A DNA stretch of 64,000 bases. Source: a virus. The stretch's first letter is position 1. Each line of letters begins with the position of its first letter. The position numbers and the translations under genes were made by a program. The notes under the pieces were generated by a model, which saw nothing but the letters and a program-made list of their open reading frames with translations, ran no database searches and was not told where the DNA came from. Below, in pieces: positions 1-8,882 of this stretch. The stretch lies in IMG/VR virus record IMGVR_UViG_3300015371_000005, positions 1 through 64,000 of that record. One strand, written 5' to 3'.

Positions 1-197
1 CGGACGTTGTGCAGCTTGCCGTCGATCATCATCACCGCCCAGACATGGCCGAAGCTGCTCTGGGAATAACCCATGCACTGGCCCTTCTTGCCCCGTAGAT
101 CAACGTAATTGGCTGAGTTCTCAGGGATGATGTAGTGCTTGTACTTGACCGGCGTGAACCACCGTCCCACCCAATCGAACTTGGTGAACTTGCTCAT
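1..197 (-). CDS. hypothetical protein (N-terminal part only; continues past the left edge)
   Basis: ATG at 197 overlaps the TGA of the upstream gene (ATGA). The open frame runs off the window (MSKFTKFDWVGRWFTPVKYKHYIIPENS...). Confidence 0.5.
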   Translation of the reverse strand, partial: MSKFTKFDWVGRWFTPVKYKHYIIPENSANYVDLRGKKGQCMGYSQSSFGHVWAVMMIDGKLHNV

Positions 198-625
198 GCC
201 TTCTTAGCCTTGCGTACCTCTACCGAGCGGTGCGCCATCGCGATAGCCTCTTCTTGTGTCCATTGCCTTCTAAGCAGCGAAATCCTATCACGTCGCTTGA
301 GCACATCCCACGCCTGGCTGCGCGTTCTGAAGGGTATGCCCATCCTGCGCATCATCTTCTCCACCGCTCCGGACCTTATGTCAAGTTCATAGGCAATCTC
401 TATGGTTGACAGCTCGCACTCCCAGTAAAGCTCATTTATGAGCCAGCGCGGGTAATCGTGCTTGAGTGGACGCTTGCGCTCCCTGATGATCTCAGGTGAT
501 TTGATACCAAACTGCTGACAACGCCAACGTATGGTCCCCCACGGAACTCCCGTAAGCCGTGAAATCTCTTTGTAAGTGAACCCGGCCTCGCGCAATCTGC
601 GTAACTCAGCAGTGCTCAACTGCAT
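194..625 (-). CDS. DNA-binding protein with two helix-turn-helix-like repeats
   Basis: ATG at 625 is preceded by GGAGGTG. HTH-like segments LSTAELRRLREAGFTYKEISRLTGVPWGTIRWRC and LSTIEIAYELDIRSGAVEKMMRRMGIP. The upstream part of ORF 194-1102 is Arg/Pro-rich shadow sequence. Confidence 0.7.
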   Translation of the reverse strand: MQLSTAELRRLREAGFTYKEISRLTGVPWGTIRWRCQQFGIKSPEIIRERKRPLKHDYPRWLINELYWECELSTIEIAYELDIRSGAVEKMMRRMGIPFRTRSQAWDVLKRRDRISLLRRQWTQEEAIAMAHRSVEVRKAKKA

Positions 626-644
626 TGCACCTCCATAGACAGAC

Positions 645-680
645 AAAAGGCCCCCGCCAGTACTTGCACGAGGGCCTTTT
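645..680 (-). terminator. stem-loop, possible intrinsic terminator or attenuator between two minus-strand genes
   Basis: 9-bp stem AAAAGGCCC/GGGCCTTTT (645-653 with 672-680) and an 18-nt loop. On the minus-strand RNA the 3' arm ends in UUUU followed by GUCUGUCU. Confidence 0.45.
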
Positions 681-698
681 GGTGCACGGCGCGCTTGA

Positions 699-1160
699 TC
701 AGTCGTCCTCGGCACGCGCCTTGAACGGCGACCTCCCACCTGCGCGAGCCTTGGCGGCGCGGCCAGCCTTCGTGCGACCGTCAACCTTCTTGGCTGCGGT
801 CTTGGTGCCAGTCGTGCGGCCGCGAGTGGTGCTCCCCTTGGGACGGCCACGCCGCCTCGGTGCCGGTGCCGGTTCGTCATCCACCGACTCGACAACCTGA
901 GTGCTTCCGTTGTTCGACATCCTGATTGCGCGCTTCGGGCGCTCCTCGACCGGCGCCTCCGGATCGAGTTCGAGGATGACGATCTCCCCGCCCTCTTCCA
1001 TCGACCCGACCACGGCTGCGAAGATGGTGCTCTGGTTGGCGACGCGCGGCATCTCATCGAGCAGCGCATCGAGTGCCATGTCAGGACGCTCAACCTCATC
1101 AACCTCAGCCACGTACTTCAGATCGCCGTTGTCACGCGGGATGAAGATCGTGATGGACAT
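699..1160 (-). CDS. hypothetical protein with basic Gly/Arg/Lys-rich C-terminal tail
   Basis: 153-aa ORF with SD AAAGGAG 5 nt upstream of the ATG. The C-terminus (RRRGRPKGSTTRGRTTGTKTAAKK...) is AT-hook-like. Confidence 0.7.
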   Translation of the reverse strand: MSITIFIPRDNGDLKYVAEVDEVERPDMALDALLDEMPRVANQSTIFAAVVGSMEEGGEIVILELDPEAPVEERPKRAIRMSNNGSTQVVESVDDEPAPAPRRRGRPKGSTTRGRTTGTKTAAKKVDGRTKAGRAAKARAGGRSPFKARAEDD

Positions 1161-1184
1161 GTATACTCCTTTCCTATCTGATTG

Positions 1185-2090
1185 TCAGCGGATCTTGCGC
1201 CTGATGGCAGGCTTACCGCCGTTGCTGGACTTCTTACGTGCGGCAGCGATGCCCTTCGTCGTTGCCTTCTTGGCCGTCCGGCGACCCGAGCTTCTGGTAG
1301 GGCTGTCGCCGTTGTCATCATCTTCCTCGTCGTCTACGTTCCGCCTGCTGCCCTTGCGCTCCTTGTCGAACACCGAGCCACGCCTACGGGACTTCTCTCC
1401 GACATCATCATCTTCGTTGTCAAAGCCCGCCGGCTCGTAGAACTCTTCCTCATCGGGCAGAGCAGTATAGCGCTCAAAGGCTTCGATGGTATCTTCGGCT
1501 TCATCGATGAGCTTCTGATCGGCCTTCGACAGCGGAACGTCCTCGTCTGTGGCCCACTCAACCTCGTACTGGACCTCAAAGCCCTCGCCATCTCGCGAGA
1601 CTTCGATATCGCGCCGATCGAGGTTGCGGCGCTTGTGCTTCTGGTTCAGCGCCTTGACAAGCCTATTGGCGCCACTGAGGATGCGGACCTGATCCTCCTC
1701 GCCGATGACCTTGCCCGACTTGTTCTCCTTAGGCGCGTCTCTGACGATGACCAGCAGCCAGAACTTGTAACGCCGGTCGAGATCGTCACGGCAGCCGGGA
1801 CAGGGCTCGCCTTCATCGTCGGGATCGAGACAGCGGACATCGGCCGTGTAGGTCGATCCATCCTTGCGCTCGAACTGGACGGGATGCACCCAGCCATCCC
1901 TGAAGTAGTTCTCGGTATCGAACGCCCGCATGGTCATTGTCTCGCCATCGGGGACGTTCACGAACCTGCCCTGGCGGCGCTTCTTGGGACGAGCCAGATG
2001 CTTGTCCACGGAACCGCCGCCAAGTCCTACCCGCTCTGAAGGCTTCGATCTTGCTGTTGCGGATGACCTCCGCGACCGAGGTGTTGCCAT
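1185..2090 (-). CDS. hypothetical protein, possible ssDNA-binding or replication accessory protein
   Basis: 301-aa ORF in the replication module. It has a Cys cluster (C-x11-CPGC) and an acidic then basic C-terminal tail. The functional guess is by context only. Confidence 0.6.
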   Translation of the reverse strand: MATPRSRRSSATARSKPSERVGLGGGSVDKHLARPKKRRQGRFVNVPDGETMTMRAFDTENYFRDGWVHPVQFERKDGSTYTADVRCLDPDDEGEPCPGCRDDLDRRYKFWLLVIVRDAPKENKSGKVIGEEDQVRILSGANRLVKALNQKHKRRNLDRRDIEVSRDGEGFEVQYEVEWATDEDVPLSKADQKLIDEAEDTIEAFERYTALPDEEEFYEPAGFDNEDDDVGEKSRRRGSVFDKERKGSRRNVDDEEDDDNGDSPTRSSGRRTAKKATTKGIAAARKKSSNGGKPAIRRKIR

Positions 2091-2185
2091 TCTTACTTCA
2101 GCGCTCCTTTCTGCTCTCTATGCTCTTAGCTGCTCTTGGGTTTATTGGCCGCCGTCTGGTGCAAAAATGACTATAGCATCGTCAA

Positions 2186-3325
2186 TCAGCGATGCACAAC
2201 AAAACTTCTATCAGCGGTCCGGATCAGCTCGCGTATACGATCCCTCTTGCCCCGTCGAAGCAAAGCATTCGCATCGAGCATATGACGTTTGACAATCCGA
2301 ACTCGGATGAAGGGCTCAAGCTTCTCAACAGCGCCGGGATGGTGCTCTCCCTCATCATCGTCCCAGCCCCAGATGCCATGGCTACCGGCGACATCATTGT
2401 CAAGGAACAATACAACCTCATTAGCGTATTCCCTGATGATCTGCACCTGCGTGTCGCTGAGCCAAGAGCCGCCGCACATGGCAGGTATACCTAGCTTCCA
2501 TAGGGACATGACATTGATCTCGCCCTCGTCGTAGACGTAGCTGTCCTGTTCGCCCCACTTGTCTATGCCGAAGATCACACGCGACTTGTCATAGGGCGCG
2601 AATCCGTACGCCTCACCACGCTTTGCAATAGACTTGGTGGTATCGCCGATGATGAGGTACTTGGGTTTGCGCCCCTTCTCCCAGGCTCGGCCCTTGATCC
2701 CAATTAGGTTGCCTTTGGGATCGCAGACGGGAATCGTTATGCGCCCGGAGATGCTGTCGTAGCCGATGGCCCACTCCTCCAGCTCTGCCGGCGTGAACCC
2801 GCGATCAAGCATGTAGCCCACATCGGGCTCGTCCTCGTACTCTTCTGCGTAATGGCCCCACTCCACGCCAAAGCGCTTGTGGTACATCTCCCACTCAAGC
2901 ATCGGCAGCTCGTACGAGATATCTTCAACTTCATTTTGCTTGATGCGCTTCTCGAATTCGGCCGCGATCCCGCCCTTGGGCTGGTTGAAACCGGGCGCGT
3001 AGTACTCCTTGATCCAGTTGGCCGCACGCAAGCGTGAGATGTGCTCCTGATCGGCTAGGAAGCTGATTGCATTACCCGAGCGCCCACAGCCATGGCACTT
3101 CCACATCGTGCACAGGCGATCATTCTTGGTACCGTCGTTCATGTAGGCCGATGGTCGTTCATCGCCATGCAGGTGCCCTGGAAACGGACAACTGAATTGT
3201 ACCTCGTCGATCGTCGCCTGGCTGATGTTGGAGATCTCCAGGTGCTCCAGGAAGTCAATGACATCTACACGCCGTAGGAACTCGACCGACTTGGCCTTGC
3301 GCCCGCCGGCATGCTTACGGCCCAT
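2186..3325 (-). CDS. dnaG: DNA primase, DnaG-like (CHC2 zinc finger plus TOPRIM)
   Basis: Zinc-finger segment CPFPGHLHGDERPSAYM...CHGCGRSGNAISF. TOPRIM acidic motifs EGEINVMSL and LFLDNDVAG. An alternative start at 3403 would overlap the upstream gene. Confidence 0.85.
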   Translation of the reverse strand: MGRKHAGGRKAKSVEFLRRVDVIDFLEHLEISNISQATIDEVQFSCPFPGHLHGDERPSAYMNDGTKNDRLCTMWKCHGCGRSGNAISFLADQEHISRLRAANWIKEYYAPGFNQPKGGIAAEFEKRIKQNEVEDISYELPMLEWEMYHKRFGVEWGHYAEEYEDEPDVGYMLDRGFTPAELEEWAIGYDSISGRITIPVCDPKGNLIGIKGRAWEKGRKPKYLIIGDTTKSIAKRGEAYGFAPYDKSRVIFGIDKWGEQDSYVYDEGEINVMSLWKLGIPAMCGGSWLSDTQVQIIREYANEVVLFLDNDVAGSHGIWGWDDDEGEHHPGAVEKLEPFIRVRIVKRHMLDANALLRRGKRDRIRELIRTADRSFVVHR

Positions 3326-3347
3326 CCCTGCGACAATGGGACTAAGG

Positions 3348-3731
3348 CTAGCTGGCACTGGCACCAACCCACCAGATTGCTCGCCAAACACATTGCACGC
3401 CATCAGCGCGAGCGATCGACATCATGTCTGCTGTCCCCTTGCCATAGCCGATCCCTACCACGAGCTTGGGCCTGCCGCGTGCCAACATCTCTCGGTTGCG
3501 TTTCGGGCCAGCGTACGCGCCCTTGCTCCAATCGGCGGGATAGGGGTCCACAGAAAGACCAAGAGCTTCGCTAGCACGGCGAGCAAGGCTGTCAACACCA
3601 GGTGCTTCGCCTTCGATGATGACAATGTGCGATCCATACTTGCGCTTGAGCGATGCAACTACGCCTAACACGTAAAGGTAGTTGGTAAAGTCACGAGGTC
3701 CACAGATCAGAATCCTCATCGGCGACTTCAT
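3348..3731 (-). CDS. DUF2493 / SLOG-family protein
   Basis: MRILICGPRDF...IIEGEAPGVDSLARRASEALGL...PADWSKGAYAGPKRNREML...GKGTADM matches the DUF2493 pattern from memory. Confidence 0.75.
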   Translation of the reverse strand: MKSPMRILICGPRDFTNYLYVLGVVASLKRKYGSHIVIIEGEAPGVDSLARRASEALGLSVDPYPADWSKGAYAGPKRNREMLARGRPKLVVGIGYGKGTADMMSIARADGVQCVWRAIWWVGASAS

Positions 3732-3734
3732 GGC

Positions 3735-4250
3735 TCAGCCATTGTAAATCAGCTCGCGGCGAATGTGCATCCACGTCTCTCCGAGCCAGTTCTGGCCCTC
3801 CTTGGCGCACTTCGGCCTGCCGCAAATGCAATTGCCCCAGAAGTTGTCGTGCCAATCGTTCTCCTCGATCAGCGCGCCGCCATCGGTGAAGAGGAGCTGT
3901 TGACGGATGTAGCCCCAATCGTCAACCTTCTTCTGGATCAGTTCGAGCATCACATCTACGCGGCGCTCATTCCACGCAATCAGCTCGTCTTCTGTCAGCT
4001 TCCAGCGGCGTCCGAGCTTCTTGGCCTGGTACGGAGTCCTGGCCTTGAGGATGATCGCCTGGCGCCACGGGTGCCCCTCGTGCTTGGCCGCCTGGAACTC
4101 ACCCTCGACGTGCGATCCATCATGCTCGACGTAGAAGTTCGACAACCAGTTGTGCTGGAGCTTACCATCGACTCTCAACGAGAACCAGACAACCGACTTG
4201 CGAGCACTAGACTGGGAGTTTGTCACCACTGCGCTTCTCGCGGAGGACAC
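3735..4250 (-). CDS. NADAR (DUF1768, YbiA-like) family protein
   Basis: Family-like motifs WLSNFY...EGEFQAAK...NFWG...GQNWLGETWMHIRREL. GTG start at 4250 with SD AAGGGAG 6 nt upstream. It overlaps the helicase gene end by 44 nt. Confidence 0.75.
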   Translation of the reverse strand: MSSARSAVVTNSQSSARKSVVWFSLRVDGKLQHNWLSNFYVEHDGSHVEGEFQAAKHEGHPWRQAIILKARTPYQAKKLGRRWKLTEDELIAWNERRVDVMLELIQKKVDDWGYIRQQLLFTDGGALIEENDWHDNFWGNCICGRPKCAKEGQNWLGETWMHIRRELIYNG

Positions 4251-5571
4251 CTAGCGCTCCCTTCGGATGGTTGAGCTTGCCATTGCGGAGAGTAGCCAGA
4301 GCGCCAACCTTGGGCTGATGCTCCTCCTTGCCGTTCTTTCTGCCCACAAGCGATCTGCCACGACGTTCTGGAAAGCGCGAGTCAACGCCAATCTCATGGA
4401 TATCGCCATTCTCGATATCCCAGCGCATCTTCACTACCCTCCGAGAAGGCCCGTCACGATACTTGCGGAGCAGCAATTCCATTTCATTCTTGGCTTCGTC
4501 CTCTTCGTCGGGTTGCAGGATGATCAGCATATCAGCAATTTTCTGAGCCGACTGATACGCCGTCTCTCCCTCTCGATTGAGCTGCGTCGCGGTAACGTGC
4601 GGGACCTTTGACAACCTTGCTGCCTGCTTGAGCCCGCGCCCGTTCTGGGCCACACCCTCCCAACCTGCTTGACCCTTGGGCGTGCGCATCTCTTCCAGGT
4701 AGTCAACCACGACCATTCCCGGACTGTAACGCAATTGCTCGGCCCCGACCTTCTCCACCGAGCAGTTCTTGATGTCATCGCGGATGATGATGTCGTGCTC
4801 CATCTTCTCGCGCTCACATCTGTCAAGCCACTTGTGCCAGCGCTCCTCTTCCTTGGGATTCAGCTCAAGAGCCTTCAACGCTCGCCCTCGAACCTTGGCA
4901 AGCATGGTGTCAAAGCGCCTGAGGATCTGCTCGGCCTCTACTTCAAGCGAGATGAAGAGGACCGTACGTCCCTGTAGATACGCTTGGAGCGCGACGTGCT
5001 GTTGACCAGTAGTCTTACCCCCGCCAGGAGGGCCACCAAAAATAAGCAGCTCGTGTGGCTGTAGTCCAACCGTGATGTCATCGTAGGACGGTATCCCGAG
5101 CATGACGCCATGCTGTTCCCCCTTCTCACGCCGCCGGTAGTAGTTGTCCTTACGGCGCTTGCCCTCTGACAGGCGCTCGGCCCTGGGTGCCGGCACGACC
5201 TCTGACAACTGCCTTGCCATGTCAAGCGCATGAACCTCGATGTCATCTACCATAACGGGATCATCGAGAATGTCGTGATACAAGCGCACCAGCTCGATCG
5301 CGCGAACCTCCTTGACATGGCGAACGAACTCCTCGGTGTGATAGGTCAGCGGGTCCTTGCTGAACTTGGGCTTGAAGCCAGGAAACTCCTTCTTGATTGC
5401 TCCTAGCGACGGTGATGCATTGTGATCGCGCATGAACTCAAGCGACCACTCGTAGACTTCCCTGATGTAGTCATCGAGGAAGTGGTCTGGTTCGATCCCA
5501 CGAATTACAACGTCAGCCAGCTTGCCGGACTGAATCGCCTTTGAGATCAACAGTGTCTCAAAGTCGGCCAT
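4207..5571 (-). CDS. dnaB: replicative DNA helicase, DnaB-like
   Basis: DnaB-type N-terminal domain, Walker A GGPPGGGKTT, Walker B VVVDYLEEM, 454 aa. Confidence 0.9.
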   Translation of the reverse strand: MADFETLLISKAIQSGKLADVVIRGIEPDHFLDDYIREVYEWSLEFMRDHNASPSLGAIKKEFPGFKPKFSKDPLTYHTEEFVRHVKEVRAIELVRLYHDILDDPVMVDDIEVHALDMARQLSEVVPAPRAERLSEGKRRKDNYYRRREKGEQHGVMLGIPSYDDITVGLQPHELLIFGGPPGGGKTTGQQHVALQAYLQGRTVLFISLEVEAEQILRRFDTMLAKVRGRALKALELNPKEEERWHKWLDRCEREKMEHDIIIRDDIKNCSVEKVGAEQLRYSPGMVVVDYLEEMRTPKGQAGWEGVAQNGRGLKQAARLSKVPHVTATQLNREGETAYQSAQKIADMLIILQPDEEDEAKNEMELLLRKYRDGPSRRVVKMRWDIENGDIHEIGVDSRFPERRGRSLVGRKNGKEEHQPKVGALATLRNGKLNHPKGALGVLREKRSGDKLPV

Positions 5572-5573
5572 GA

Positions 5574-6080
5574 CTAGCGCCGACGAGGCTTCTTCTTCTC
5601 CGATGCCTCGCTAGCTTCACGTTCGTTGTGCTGACGGATCGAACGCTCGACCGTCTCGCGATCATCAGAGATATGGATTTCCAGCACCTTGCTTGTCGCC
5701 TTGAGTGCACCGATAATGCGATCGTAAGCAGATTGCTGTTCGTCTGTGAGCTGTTCCTCGGCGTCCCAGTCAACATCCGCCAAAGCATTCATGTCAGCAC
5801 CATTGAGCTTCCATGCAATCATGTTGGGTCCAAGTGTGACGTTCGCGTACTGAGCGACAGGAACCAGCTCCGAGAGTTGACACGCGATCAGCACTTCACC
5901 GTTACCCAGATTGCGCGCAGATGCAATCAACGGCGATTCAACCTGCTTGTGGGCTGCTGACCTGACGATTGAGCCCGAGGTATCCTCAGTGTCCTCTACA
6001 CGAGCGGTAGTACGTGGCTTGGCCGCCGGCTTCTTCTTCACGAGCGACTTGCTCGCTTGCCTTGTCTTGATGGCTGGCAC
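5574..6080 (-). CDS. hypothetical protein
   Basis: 168-aa ORF with a GTG start preceded by AGGAGA and the TGACAAC junction motif. Confidence 0.6.
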   Translation of the reverse strand: MPAIKTRQASKSLVKKKPAAKPRTTARVEDTEDTSGSIVRSAAHKQVESPLIASARNLGNGEVLIACQLSELVPVAQYANVTLGPNMIAWKLNGADMNALADVDWDAEEQLTDEQQSAYDRIIGALKATSKVLEIHISDDRETVERSIRQHNEREASEASEKKKPRRR

Positions 6081-6097
6081 TTATGTCTCCTGTGTTG

Positions 6098-6805
6098 TCA
6101 TTTCATCATCCGCTCGATCGCCTTGAGCTGTCGCTCCAGCGCTCGTATCTCCGCTTGTTGTCGGTGCGTCAGTTTGTCCTTCCACGGCACGGTCGGGTCG
6201 CTGTGAGGAAGCTCCCAATCGCGCAGTTCAAAAGCACGAACGAGATCCCCCTCAAGCTCGATGTGACCAGTATAGCTCGTGCGCCTGTAGAGCGTGTTCA
6301 CTATCTCCTCTAAGCACTGTCCATGGGCCTGTAGGCGCCGTGCAGTGCGGAGGTTGTTCATGGTGAGATAGCGCGGAGGAACCGGGAAGCCGTGATACCG
6401 ACAGCAACCGACAATGGCTTTGTCAAATGCGTCCTGCGTCGTGTAGCTGACCTCGGGGAACAGCGCATCGTTGATCTGCTCGCGCGACTGATTGCGTGCT
6501 ATGCGACTACGAATCTTCTTGACAATCCTGTCAGGGAACCTGTAGCCCGTGCGCATGATGACCGCAAAGCGATGCATGTCCTCAGTAGTATCAACCAAAG
6601 TACCGCGTTCCTGGGCAAGAAGCTGAGCAATCTCATTAGCCTGAGCCACGGTCCAATAACGTTGTTTACCCTCCTCGCGATGAGGGAACAGGCGCTCTGG
6701 CAACTTGCCAAACTGCATCCAGCGATTGATCGTTCGCTTGGTACGGTTGGTAAGCTCCTCAAGCTCATCCATGTAAACCTTATTACGATCTAGCTTCAGG
6801 GGCAC
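6098..6805 (-). CDS. DNA-binding protein with N-terminal MerR/excisionase-type HTH
   Basis: YMDELEELTNRTKRTINRWMQFGKLPE HTH-like segment. It is the first gene of the leftward replication operon. The start is uncertain (GTG 6805 or ATG 6772). Confidence 0.65.
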   Translation of the reverse strand: MPLKLDRNKVYMDELEELTNRTKRTINRWMQFGKLPERLFPHREEGKQRYWTVAQANEIAQLLAQERGTLVDTTEDMHRFAVIMRTGYRFPDRIVKKIRSRIARNQSREQINDALFPEVSYTTQDAFDKAIVGCCRYHGFPVPPRYLTMNNLRTARRLQAHGQCLEEIVNTLYRRTSYTGHIELEGDLVRAFELRDWELPHSDPTVPWKDKLTHRQQAEIRALERQLKAIERMMK

Positions 6806-7014
6806 TTGACAATCGCGCTAGGCTGTCTGTGGGCGGCGGGGCGGGGATGTTGGCTGCGGAGAATTGGAACTATCTAAGATAGCTGCTAAGTAAGGCTGAT
6901 TGGTAACTTTCCTTACGAACTGAGGAACTAAAGAGAAGTAATGTCATACAATGAGATATGCATAAGATGCAGGAAACGCGAGTGTGCGCGTATGAGCGCC
7001 CGTGCGATTCTATC
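6806..7014 (-). promoter_or_regulatory. AT-rich intergenic control region upstream of the replication operon
   Basis: 209 nt without an ORF and visibly AT-richer than its flanks. It contains the near-perfect palindrome CTATCT-A-AGATAG and a second CTATCTTAG copy near 7005. Confidence 0.4.
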
Positions 7015-7524
7015 TTAGTAAAGCGCACTTGTATGCATCGACATTCTCTTTGACTTGAAGGGATCTATCTCAGTACCAGGACGCTTATCCTTGATTTTCT
7101 GAGGAGTGAATGGATTCCTGTTCCTTCCTGCATTCAGCGCTGATGTACAGTATCCATCAGCAACATGATTGGTAGCGCGCTTAGCCCATTCGATAGCCCA
7201 AGCATTAGGAAACAGATTGCCAAGCAGTTTGATTGCTTCACTGTAGAGCGGCTTCAGCTCTGATTGGCGGATCTTGTACTTGCCCATGAGCTGTCTCTCG
7301 ACCAGTTGGCTGTCAGTTTTCAGCAAGATGCTGTCAGCGCCGAGGGAGTGGGCATACTTGATCGCCACCACACAGCCGTTGTACTCGGCGTAGTTGTTGG
7401 TGTGCCAGCCGATGTAGCGCGCTATCACGTACTGCTCACCGTCAAGTTCAATGACAGATGCGAAGGCTGCGTGACCAGGGTTCCGAGGACGACACCCTCC
7501 GTCAAAATGAGCTACAGCTAGCAT
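7015..7524 (-). CDS. RNase H (RNase HI-like)
   Basis: Catalytic-type segments AHFDGGCRPRNPG, NNYAEYNG, LKTDSQLV and NHVADGY (D-E-D-D pattern). Confidence 0.8.
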   Translation of the reverse strand: MLAVAHFDGGCRPRNPGHAAFASVIELDGEQYVIARYIGWHTNNYAEYNGCVVAIKYAHSLGADSILLKTDSQLVERQLMGKYKIRQSELKPLYSEAIKLLGNLFPNAWAIEWAKRATNHVADGYCTSALNAGRNRNPFTPQKIKDKRPGTEIDPFKSKRMSMHTSALY

Positions 7525-8002
7525 TATTGGCTGCCTCGATTCCAGTACGCCGCAAATATTTGATTGACTTGTCAAGTAGGAAGATGTTATCATCGAATGC
7601 TGCTAATCCACGATTACATGGTGCACAGAGCAAGCCTCTCACGTGTCCCCACTTATGACAGTGATCGACTTGAAGATGCCCACCGCAGTTGTCAGCAATC
7701 TCAGAACCGCAGATTGCGCATCCACCTTTTTGCTTCTCCAGTAGATCATTGTAATCGTCAATCGTAATGTCATATTTCTTCTTGAACTCATATCCTCTAA
7801 AGGTTTGCTTGAACTCAGGATTGGCACGTCTATCTCGCGCATAGGCAGCACCATATTGGCGCCGACATCTGCGACAGTAGGGATCTAGCCCATCATTCTT
7901 TGCCTGATTAGGGCCGAAGTATTTGACAAGTTTATTGCGTTGGCATCTGCTGCAACGCTTATGCAGCAAGGGTTTTTCATCGAAGAAGGCGACTGCTCTC
8001 AT
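7502..8002 (-). CDS. recombination endonuclease VII-like protein
   Basis: GGCAICGSE...LQVDHCHKWGHVRGLLCAPCNRGLAAF matches the Endonuclease_7 signature. The N-terminus carries CxxC pairs. Confidence 0.85.
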   Translation of the reverse strand: MRAVAFFDEKPLLHKRCSRCQRNKLVKYFGPNQAKNDGLDPYCRRCRRQYGAAYARDRRANPEFKQTFRGYEFKKKYDITIDDYNDLLEKQKGGCAICGSEIADNCGGHLQVDHCHKWGHVRGLLCAPCNRGLAAFDDNIFLLDKSIKYLRRTGIEAANNASCSSF

Positions 8003-8072
8003 GCGGATCGAGTATACTGGCCGCCCAGGCAGGCCACAGTGGCTCGTCTGTATGGTTCCCTAAGGAGGGGGC

Positions 8073-8408
8073 GTGGCGGATGATCATGAAAACCTAAAGA
8101 AGCACCTCAAGCCTAGCTTGAGCACGCTGCCCGTGCACCAGCAGAAGGCACAAGGAGCGGCACTTGATGAGCAGATATCGAGGCCAATGGCGGCCCTCGG
8201 ATCATTGCTCAGTCCCGAGCCCTACATTCGCTCGGCAATCAAGGTGATGTACAAAGTTGAAGTAACCGGCGGACATATCAAGGACTTCGATCGATGCGTA
8301 GGGATGTTCTTGGATCTTGGAAATTCGCTTGTCGAGTATGGCGAGCTGAGAGACTATGACATCTCGGATGTCAAGGAGTTCTTGAAAAACAGAGAGATAA
8401 CAGGATGA
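8073..8408 (+). CDS. hypothetical protein (first gene of an opposite-strand cassette)
   Basis: GTG start with SD AAGGAGGGGG. The stop overlaps the next ATG (ATGA). Confidence 0.6.
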   Translation: MADDHENLKKHLKPSLSTLPVHQQKAQGAALDEQISRPMAALGSLLSPEPYIRSAIKVMYKVEVTGGHIKDFDRCVGMFLDLGNSLVEYGELRDYDISDVKEFLKNREITG

Positions 8409-8842
8409 AAAGGTATCAACTCATCGATCAGTTCATTGAGGACTCCGAACTAGAAATCGATGACATCTTCGATAGCTCGACGGTCCAGAGATGGTTTGAC
8501 AGGCATGGCGTCGAGACGGCTGTCGGAGATGCGCTGGCGGCGCACAGACGTTCCACAGAACGAAAGTACACAACCGAACGCATTGGCATGGGGCCATTCA
8601 GCTACTACCGTGTGGTAGACGACGGGCTCTTGGCGGACTCCGACGCAGCAAGCCGGATGATCACGCAGATGGCCATGGAAACGGTTGACAGATGGATCAA
8701 CGAGCTTGACAATCGCATCAAGCGCGTGATCGTCACTCCGGAAGGAGAACTAGCCCGCTCACGAGCTGAGAACGGCATCTTGTTGATGGCTAATCAGCTT
8801 GACATGGATTTGAAGGCGATCTCGCAGGAGATGGAGAGTTAG
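8405..8842 (+). CDS. hypothetical protein (second gene of the cassette)
   Basis: 145-aa ORF translationally coupled to the previous gene and followed by a hairpin. Confidence 0.65.
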   Translation: MKRYQLIDQFIEDSELEIDDIFDSSTVQRWFDRHGVETAVGDALAAHRRSTERKYTTERIGMGPFSYYRVVDDGLLADSDAASRMITQMAMETVDRWINELDNRIKRVIVTPEGELARSRAENGILLMANQLDMDLKAISQEMES

Positions 8843-8859
8843 AGAGGGAGCGGCAAAGC

Positions 8860-8882
8860 GGGGGCGGACAAGTTCCGTCCCC
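8860..8882. terminator. hairpin between convergent genes
   Basis: 9-bp stem GGGGGCGGA/TCCGTCCCC (one G-U pair) with loop CAAGT, between the convergent genes 8405-8842 (+) and 8891-9454 (-). Confidence 0.5.

Noticed and set aside
626-1102. The upstream two-thirds of the 302-aa ORF 194-1102, and ORF 625-900 on the other strand.
   Set aside because: The translation is Arg/Pro/Ala-rich low-complexity sequence that overlaps the well-supported gene 699-1160. A GGAGGTG-ATG start at 625 gives a sensible HTH protein, so the rest is a high-GC shadow frame.
1169-1184. Shared leader sequence CAATCAGATAG(G)AAAG upstream of genes 699-1160 and 11546-11785 (second copy at 11794-11808), as a dedicated promoter element.
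   Set aside because: A 15-16-nt match with an indel is borderline for chance in this window. It largely reflects the CTGATTG motif already reported, so it is not given a separate call.
8843-8860. Shared GAGAG-N-AGCGGCAAAG sequence downstream of both plus-strand inserts (8843 and 11477), as evidence of a common mobile cassette end.
   Set aside because: The exact match is only 10 nt, and thousands of 10-mer coincidences are expected in 64 kb. It is noted but not significant on its own.
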